Assembly (NCBI RefSeq): GCF_013004595.1
Contig: NZ_JABEMC010000004.1
Coordinates: forward strand, 186,001-250,000
Source: Brevibacterium luteolum
GTDB taxonomy: Bacteria; Actinomycetota; Actinomycetes; Actinomycetales; Brevibacteriaceae
Direction: 5' to 3'
Length of the DNA: 64,000 nucleotides
The position numbers and the translations under genes are program-made. A model generated the notes under the pieces. It was not told the DNA's origin and searched no databases. It saw only the letters and a program-made list of their open reading frames with translations. How positions within the stretch are numbered: the first letter of the stretch is position 1; each line of letters opens with the position of its first letter. Positions 57,969 through 64,000 of the stretch are shown here, in pieces.

Positions 57969-59168
57969 TCAGCAGACCTCGAAGAGCCCGGCGGCGCCCA
58001 TGCCGCCGCCGATGCACATCGTGACGACGACGAACTTGGCGCCGCGTCGCTTGCCTTCGATGAGGGCGTGGCCGGTGAGCCGGGCACCGGTCATGCCGTA
58101 GGGGTGGCCGACGGAGATGCCGCCGCCGTCGACGTTGTAGCGCTCGGGGTCGATGCCGAGGCGGTCGCGGCAGTACAGCGCCTGCACGGCGAAGGCTTCG
58201 TTGAGCTCCCACAGGTCGATGTCGTCGACACTCAGGCCGTGCTGGTCGAGCAGCTTCGGCACGGCGAAGACCGGGCCGATGCCCATCTCGTCCGGCTCGC
58301 AGCCGGCGACAGCCATGCCGCGGTAGATGCCCAGCGGTTCGAGTCCGCGGCGGGAGGCCTCGTCATCGGACATGAGGACAGCAGCCGAGGCGCCGTCGGA
58401 GAGCTGCGAGGCGTTGCCGGCGGTGATCGACGGGTGGGTGGAGGCGACACCGGGTTCGAGCACCGGGTTGAGGCTGGCGAGGCCCTCCAGGGTGGTCTGC
58501 GGGCGGTTGCCCTCGTCCTTGGTCAGGGTGACGGTCTTCTCGGAGATCTCCTTGGTCTCCTTGTCCTGGACCAGCTGCACGGACTCCAGCGGCACGATCT
58601 CCTCATCGAGGCGCCCGGCCTCCTGGGCAGCGGCGGTGCGCATCTGGGATTCGTAGGCGTAGGCGTCCTGGTCTTCGCGGGAGACTTCGTAGCGTTCGGC
58701 GACGACCTCGGCGGTGTGGAGCATCGGCAGGTACAGGCCCGGGATGTTCTCGACCAGCCACGGGTCCTTGGCGCGGAAGGTGTTCATCTTGTCGTTCTGG
58801 ACGAGCGAGACCGATTCGACGCCGCCGCCGACGGCGATCTTCATCCCGTCGTGGATGATCTGCTTGGCAGCCGTCGCGATCGCCATGAGGCCCGAGGAGC
58901 ACTGCCGGTCGAGCGTCATGCCCGACACGGTGACGGGCAGGCCGGCGCGCAGGGCGGCCTGGCGGGCGATGTTGCCGCTCTGGGAGCCCTGCTGGAGGGC
59001 CGCACCGAGGATGACGTCGTCGACGTCGGCGCCCTCAATGCCAGCGCGCTCGACGGCATGGCGGATGGCGTGGCCGGCGAGTTCCTGCGGCTGGGTGTTG
59101 TTGAAGGCTCCGCGATAGGCCTTGCCGATCGGGGTGCGGGCGGTGGAGACGATGACTGCGTCTGTCAT
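57969..59168 (-). CDS. Acetyl-CoA C-acyltransferase (thiolase)
   Basis: [36 protein letters not shown]. Confidence 0.96.
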   Translation of the reverse strand: MTDAVIVSTARTPIGKAYRGAFNNTQPQELAGHAIRHAVERAGIEGADVDDVILGAALQQGSQSGNIARQAALRAGLPVTVSGMTLDRQCSSGLMAIATAAKQIIHDGMKIAVGGGVESVSLVQNDKMNTFRAKDPWLVENIPGLYLPMLHTAEVVAERYEVSREDQDAYAYESQMRTAAAQEAGRLDEEIVPLESVQLVQDKETKEISEKTVTLTKDEGNRPQTTLEGLASLNPVLEPGVASTHPSITAGNASQLSDGASAAVLMSDDEASRRGLEPLGIYRGMAVAGCEPDEMGIGPVFAVPKLLDQHGLSVDDIDLWELNEAFAVQALYCRDRLGIDPERYNVDGGGISVGHPYGMTGARLTGHALIEGKRRGAKFVVVTMCIGGGMGAAGLFEVC

Positions 59169-59226
59169 GGGTGTCCTTTCTGGATGACGAGGGGCGCCTC
59201 GCCAGTCTATTTCGTCTGTGTGATCC

Positions 59227-60363
59227 TCAGCACGTCGGAAGTTCGAGGAGTTCGGCCAGGGCTGCGCGGTTGTTAGCCGGGTGCCCGAGGATGAGTTCGC
59301 CGGCCTTGGCCCGCTTGAGCAGCAGGTGGACCGGATATTCCCAGGTCATGCCGTTGCCGCCGTGCAGCTGCACGGCTTCCTCGGCAGCCTGCACGGCGAC
59401 TGGGGCGGTGTAGGCGAGCGCGGTGAGTGCGCAGATCTGGGCTTCGTGCAGGTCCTCTCCGCCGTGCTGCCAGTTCGCTGCCGTCTGGGCGGCGTAGGTG
59501 GCGGCGGCATCGGCCTGGCTGACGGCCAGCCAGAGATCGGCCAGCCGGTGCTTGATCGCCTGGTAGGAGCCGATCGCGCGGCCGAACTGCACGCGGGTGC
59601 GCACATAGTCCAGGGTCGTGGAGAACGCCTGGGCTGCGGTGCCGGCGAGTTCGGCCGCGAGCGCCACCTGCCCGGCCAGCGTCGCGGCGGTGGCCGCTGC
59701 CTCCGCCTCGGGCCCGGTGGCGATGACCCGTGCGGCAGCACCCTCGACGGTGACGTCGGCGAGCCTGCGGGTCTCATCGAGGCTGAGGAAAGGCGCGATA
59801 CGAGCATCTGCCGGGTCGATGACGACGATCGTCGTGTCCTCCCCGCTGCCGATGACGGCGATGAGGTCATCAGCGCCGTCGGCTTCCATGACGCCTGCCA
59901 CGGTGCCGCTGACGTGGACCGTCCCTGCATGCTCCGCGCCCGAGGCGTCACTCGCCTCAAGCCCGCTCGTCAGGGTGGAGCTGGTGGCGGGGAAGGCGAC
60001 GGCGGCGTAGCGCTCACCGGCAGCCAGGGCGGCTGCCAGTTCGAAGTCCCCGGCGTGGGTGACGAGCGTGGTGGCGATGACGCCGGAGGTGAGGAAGCGC
60101 AGCGGTGCGGCATGCCGGCCGATCGCGTGGGCGACGACAGCGGCCTCGGCGAGGCTGGCGCCGGCTCCGCCGTCTGCTTCGGGCACGAGCAGCCCGGCAA
60201 GGCCGAGTTCGCGTGCCCACCCGTCGTTGAGCTCACGGGAGGCGACAGCTGGGTCGTCGTAGACCTCGGCGACGGTGCCGGGATCGCAGCGTTCGGTGAG
60301 GAACGCGCGCACGGTGCGCCTGAGGTCGGCGGCCAGCTCGGTTTCGAGCATCTCGATGGTCAT
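59227..60363 (-). CDS. Acyl-CoA dehydrogenase, short/partner subunit type
   Basis: [31 protein letters not shown] overlap with upstream ACAD. Confidence 0.9.
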   Translation of the reverse strand: MTIEMLETELAADLRRTVRAFLTERCDPGTVAEVYDDPAVASRELNDGWARELGLAGLLVPEADGGAGASLAEAAVVAHAIGRHAAPLRFLTSGVIATTLVTHAGDFELAAALAAGERYAAVAFPATSSTLTSGLEASDASGAEHAGTVHVSGTVAGVMEADGADDLIAVIGSGEDTTIVVIDPADARIAPFLSLDETRRLADVTVEGAAARVIATGPEAEAAATAATLAGQVALAAELAGTAAQAFSTTLDYVRTRVQFGRAIGSYQAIKHRLADLWLAVSQADAAATYAAQTAANWQHGGEDLHEAQICALTALAYTAPVAVQAAEEAVQLHGGNGMTWEYPVHLLLKRAKAGELILGHPANNRAALAELLELPTC

Positions 60364-61547
60364 TTGGGCAGGTCCTTAAACGGCAGGTCTTTGTCGGTGC
60401 GGTGTTCGCCGGGCAGGCCGAGGACGCGTTCGGCGATGATGTTGCGGATGATCTCGCTGGTCCCGCCTTCGATCGAGTTGCCTTTGGCGCGCAGGTACCG
60501 GTAGACCGGCGTGCGGCCGGTCATCGAGTAGTGCTCGGGCCGGCGCATCCCGTAGCTGTCGTGGCGCAGCCCGTCGACACCGCGCATGCGCACATCGAGA
60601 GCCGAGAGCTGCTGAGCGTTGCGGGCGAATGACAGCTTCGCACCCGAGCCTTCGGGTCCGGGCTGGCCGGCGGCGACCTGCTGGGCGGTGCGCTCTGCGA
60701 GCATCCGGGCGGTCTCGGACTCGACCCACAGGCGCATGAGCTCATCGTGCAGCAGCGGGTCGCGGACCTCGGGCTGTTCGCGCCAGGCCTTCGTCACAAC
60801 CCCGAGCATGCCGCCTTCCCGGGGTGCTCCCCCGCCGATGGCGACCCGTTCGTTATTCAGCGTCGTGTTCGCGATCTTCCAGCCCTCACCGGGCTCACCG
60901 AGCCGCATCGAGGCAGGCACGGGCACATCGGTGAGGAAGACTTCGTTGAACTCGGCCTCACCGGTGATCTGGCGCAGCCCACGGGTCTCGACACCGGGGG
61001 CGTACATGTCGAGCAGGAAGTAGCTCAGCCCACGGTGCTTGGGCACGGTCGGGTCGGTGCGGGCGATGAGGATCGCGAGATCGGCGTTGTGCGCTCCGGA
61101 GGTCCACACCTTCTGCCCGGTCACGCGGTAGGTGTCCCCGTCGAGGACGGCCTTCGTGGCGACGGCGGCGAGGTCGGAGCCGGCGCCGGGTTCGCTGAAG
61201 AGCTGGCAGACGATCGTCTCGAGCGTGTAGATGCGTTTGAGCCACGTCTTCTGCTCATCAGTGCCGTAGCCGGCGATCGTCGGGGCGGCCATGCCGAAGC
61301 CGATCGCGTTGTCGTGCCGGTCTGGGCGGTGCAGTCCGGCGGCGTCGACGGCGGCATCGGCGTAGTCCTGCAGGCTCGCCGAGACGCCGAGGCCGCCGGC
61401 GCCTGGCGGGAAGTTCACCCAGGCCAGGCCGTGGTCGTAGAGCAGTCCGGCGTGCGCGGCCTTCGACTCGGCGTCGGCGCCGGTGAGCCCGGCGGCCGCG
61501 GCTGTGGCTGCCGCGACCGCCTCGTCAATGCGTGCGTGTTCGCTCAC
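60360..61547 (-). CDS. Acyl-CoA dehydrogenase
   Basis: CQLFSEPGAGSDLA, GQKVWTS, FNEVFL, SIEGGTSEI.RNIIAERVLGLP. Confidence 0.93.
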   Translation of the reverse strand: MSEHARIDEAVAAATAAAAGLTGADAESKAAHAGLLYDHGLAWVNFPPGAGGLGVSASLQDYADAAVDAAGLHRPDRHDNAIGFGMAAPTIAGYGTDEQKTWLKRIYTLETIVCQLFSEPGAGSDLAAVATKAVLDGDTYRVTGQKVWTSGAHNADLAILIARTDPTVPKHRGLSYFLLDMYAPGVETRGLRQITGEAEFNEVFLTDVPVPASMRLGEPGEGWKIANTTLNNERVAIGGGAPREGGMLGVVTKAWREQPEVRDPLLHDELMRLWVESETARMLAERTAQQVAAGQPGPEGSGAKLSFARNAQQLSALDVRMRGVDGLRHDSYGMRRPEHYSMTGRTPVYRYLRAKGNSIEGGTSEIIRNIIAERVLGLPGEHRTDKDLPFKDLPK

Positions 61548-61551
61548 CAGG

Positions 61552-62304
61552 TCAGTCCTTGGGTCCGCCGGCGACGTAGATGACCTGGCCGGAGACGAAG
61601 CCGGCTCCTTCGCTGGCGAGGAACGATGCGGTGTGGGCGATGTCCTCGGGCTTGCCGGAGCGGGCGACCGGGATCTGGCTGACGGCCATGGCGACGAAGT
61701 CGTCGAACTCGACGCCGACGCGCTCGGCGGTCGCCTTCGTCATATCGGTTTCGATGAAGCCCGGGGCGATCGCGTTGGCGGTGACGCCGAACTTGCCGAG
61801 CTCAATCGCATACGTCTTCGTCATCCCCTGGATGCCGGCCTTGGCGGCCGAGTAGTTCGTCTGTCCGCGGTTGCCCAGCGCCGAGGTCGAGGACATCGAG
61901 ATGATGCGGCCGAACTTCTGCTCGACCATATGGGACTGGCAGGCCTTGGTCATGAGGAAGTTGCCGGTCAGGTGGACGTCGAGGACCTTGGTGAAGTCGG
62001 CCGGGGTCATCTTGAACAGCAGGTTGTCCTTGATGATGCCGGCGTTGTTGACGAGCACAGTCGGGGCGCCGAGCTCCTCAGCGGTGCGCTGAACGGCGGC
62101 GTTGGCCTGGTCCTCATCGGTGATGTCGGCACCGATGCCGATGGCCTGTCCGCCGGTTGCGCCGATGCGGGCGACGACATCGCTGCAGGCGTCTTCGCTC
62201 AGGTCGACGACGGCGACCTTCATGCCGTCGGCGGCCAGCCGCTCGGCGATCGCGGCGCCGATGCCGCGGGCGCCTCCGGTGACGATGGCGGTGCGCTGGG
62301 TCAT
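61552..62304 (-). CDS. FabG-like short-chain dehydrogenase (3-oxoacyl reductase)
   Basis: TGGARGIG, NNAG, YSAAK, PGFIET; GAAGGAG SD. Confidence 0.93.
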   Translation of the reverse strand: MTQRTAIVTGGARGIGAAIAERLAADGMKVAVVDLSEDACSDVVARIGATGGQAIGIGADITDEDQANAAVQRTAEELGAPTVLVNNAGIIKDNLLFKMTPADFTKVLDVHLTGNFLMTKACQSHMVEQKFGRIISMSSTSALGNRGQTNYSAAKAGIQGMTKTYAIELGKFGVTANAIAPGFIETDMTKATAERVGVEFDDFVAMAVSQIPVARSGKPEDIAHTASFLASEGAGFVSGQVIYVAGGPKD

Positions 62305-62350
62305 AAGTTCTCCTTCAGGTTCGGGGTGTGTGGTCAGGTGGTTGTCCGGG

Positions 62351-63556
62351 TCAGGATGCGTACTTGCGCAGCTCACGGCGGGCGATGGTCATCTTGTGGA
62401 CCTCATCGGCGCCGTCGACGATCCGCAGGGTGCGGGCGTGGGCGTACATCTCGGCCAGTGGGAAGTCGTCGGTGACGCCGGCTCCACCGTGGACCTGGAT
62501 CGCTCGGTCGATGACGCTCAGGGCGACCTTCGGCGCTGCGACCTTGATCTCGGAGATGAGGTTGCGGGCCTCCTTGTTGCCGACCTTGTCCATCATGTCA
62601 GCGGCATGCAGGGTCAGCAGGCGGGCCTGGTCGATGTCGACGCGGGATTCGGCGATCCAGTCCTGAATGTTGTCTTTGGCTGCCAGCGGCTCGCCGAAGA
62701 CCACCCGTTCATGGGCGCGGCGGCACATGGATTCCAGAGCGCGTTCGGCCATGCCGATGGCGCGCATGCAATGGTGGATGCGGCCAGGACCGAGGCGGGC
62801 CTGGGAGATCGCGAATCCCTCGCCTTCGCCCTTGAGCACGTCCTTGGCCTCGACGCGCACATCGGTGAAGGTCACTTCGGCGTGGCTTTCGCGGTCAAGA
62901 TAGCCGAACACCGGCAGGGAGCGGACGATCTCGACACCGGGGGCGTCGGTGGGCACGACCATCATCGACTGCTGGCGGTGCTTCTCGGCGTTCGGGTCGG
63001 TCTTGCCCATGACGATGAGGACCGTGCAGTCCGGGCGGGCGCCATTGGAGGTGAACCATTTGCGGCCGTTGAGGAGGTAGCCGTCGCCGTCCTTCTCCAT
63101 GCGCATCTCGATGTTGGTGGCATCCGAGCTGGCCACAGCCGGTTCGGTCATCGCGAACCCGGAGGCGATCTCACCGTCGAGCAGCGGGCGCAGGTACTTC
63201 TCCTTGTGCTCATCGGTGCCGAAGAGCGTGAGAACCTCCATGTTGCCAGTGTCGGGGGCGTTGCAGTTCGTCGCCTCAGGCGCCAGGTTCGGTGAACGGC
63301 CCATGATCTCGGCCAGTGGGGCGTATTCGAGGTTCGTCAGGCCCGGGCCCCATTCCTCGTGCGGGTGGAAGAGGTTCCACAGTCCTCGGGATCGGGCTTC
63401 GCCCTTGAGCTCCTGGAGGATCGGCGGGACGGCATGCGGGTCATCCTGGGCTGCCATCTGCTCGCGGTAGACGGGTTCGGCTGGATAGATGTGGGAGTCC
63501 ATGAAGGACTCCAGCTTCTCGCGCAGCTCCTTGGCGCGGTCGGTCTCGTCGAACAT
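62351..63556 (-). CDS. Acyl-CoA dehydrogenase (ACAD10/11-like subfamily)
   Basis: [56 protein letters not shown]. Confidence 0.93.
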   Translation of the reverse strand: MFDETDRAKELREKLESFMDSHIYPAEPVYREQMAAQDDPHAVPPILQELKGEARSRGLWNLFHPHEEWGPGLTNLEYAPLAEIMGRSPNLAPEATNCNAPDTGNMEVLTLFGTDEHKEKYLRPLLDGEIASGFAMTEPAVASSDATNIEMRMEKDGDGYLLNGRKWFTSNGARPDCTVLIVMGKTDPNAEKHRQQSMMVVPTDAPGVEIVRSLPVFGYLDRESHAEVTFTDVRVEAKDVLKGEGEGFAISQARLGPGRIHHCMRAIGMAERALESMCRRAHERVVFGEPLAAKDNIQDWIAESRVDIDQARLLTLHAADMMDKVGNKEARNLISEIKVAAPKVALSVIDRAIQVHGGAGVTDDFPLAEMYAHARTLRIVDGADEVHKMTIARRELRKYAS

Positions 63557-63570
63557 CGCTGGCCTTTCTC

Positions 63571-63999
63571 TCAGGTGTTCTCGTGTGTGCGGGCCTCGGC
63601 TTTGAGCCGGACCTGGTAGCGGCGCATGCCGCGCAGCCATCGGTCGTAGTCGGAGCCCTTCATCTGGAACATCTCGGCGACTTCCGGGTGGGGCAGGATG
63701 AGGAACGTGCCGTCGTGGATCGCGTCCATGACGCAGGTGGCGACGTATTCGGGACTGAGCACCTCGCCGGATTCGGCGACCGAGCGGCTGGCAACGCGTT
63801 CGGCGGGGTCCTCGCTGTCGAGCCCGGCCATGAGCAGTTCGGTGCGCACGCCCATCGGGCACAGGCAGGCGACCTGGATGCCGTCATCGCCGTAGGTGAT
63901 GGACAGCCATTCGGCGAAGGCGAGCGCGGCGTGCTTGGACACCGCGTAGCCGGCCTGCCCGATCTGGGTCAGCAGGCCCGCCGCCGAGGCGGTGGAGAC
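63571..63999 (-). CDS. Short-chain dehydrogenase, 5'-truncated by window end
   Basis: Frame reads ...[24 protein letters not shown] (YxxxK), LCPMGVRT. Confidence 0.85.
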   Translation of the reverse strand, partial: VSTASAAGLLTQIGQAGYAVSKHAALAFAEWLSITYGDDGIQVACLCPMGVRTELLMAGLDSEDPAERVASRSVAESGEVLSPEYVATCVMDAIHDGTFLILPHPEVAEMFQMKGSDYDRWLRGMRRYQVRLKAEARTHENT

Positions 64000-64000
64000 G

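Overview
High-GC actinobacterial chromosome, most likely Micrococcales and plausibly Brevibacterium-like (inference from gene order, SepF without FtsA, and the meso-DAP-type DDNPR motif in MurE). The window is mostly core genome. In order: helD, then a long minus-strand run (nrdR, hisD, dnaE, rluD, lspA, divIVA/wag31, yggT, sepF, pgeF and the complete dcw cluster ftsZ to mraZ), a divergent MoxR-DUF58-transglutaminase operon, DUF3040/dinB, lipoprotein/polyprenyl synthase, Rv2175c-like regulator, LysM-lytic transglycosylase/PknL-like kinase, threonine aldolase/DAHP synthase, the DUF881-sbp-DUF881-gcvH-garA-DUF151 block, tRNA-Pro(GGG), an accessory block with an epsilon-poly-L-lysine-synthetase-like NRPS plus M1 peptidase (flanked by DedA, GNAT, MATE), and a beta-oxidation cluster running off the end. 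No CRISPR, IS, integrase or rRNA was seen. Best leads: (1) a candidate ~65-nt two-hairpin sRNA between helD and nrdR whose loop GGGGAAG is complementary to the two CUUCCCC loops of the mraW RNA motif in the dcw operon; (2) a GarA/OdhI-type FHA protein with a ~230-aa Q/G/P/S/Y prion-like N-terminus; (3) the Pls-like locus with a lysine-type specificity code; (4) phased GTGG MraZ-type repeats facing both mraZ and the MoxR operon, and shared CGACAC(A/G)CC WhiA-type boxes upstream of ftsZ, sepF and the LysM-pknL operon. All family assignments are from motif recognition; no database search was run.
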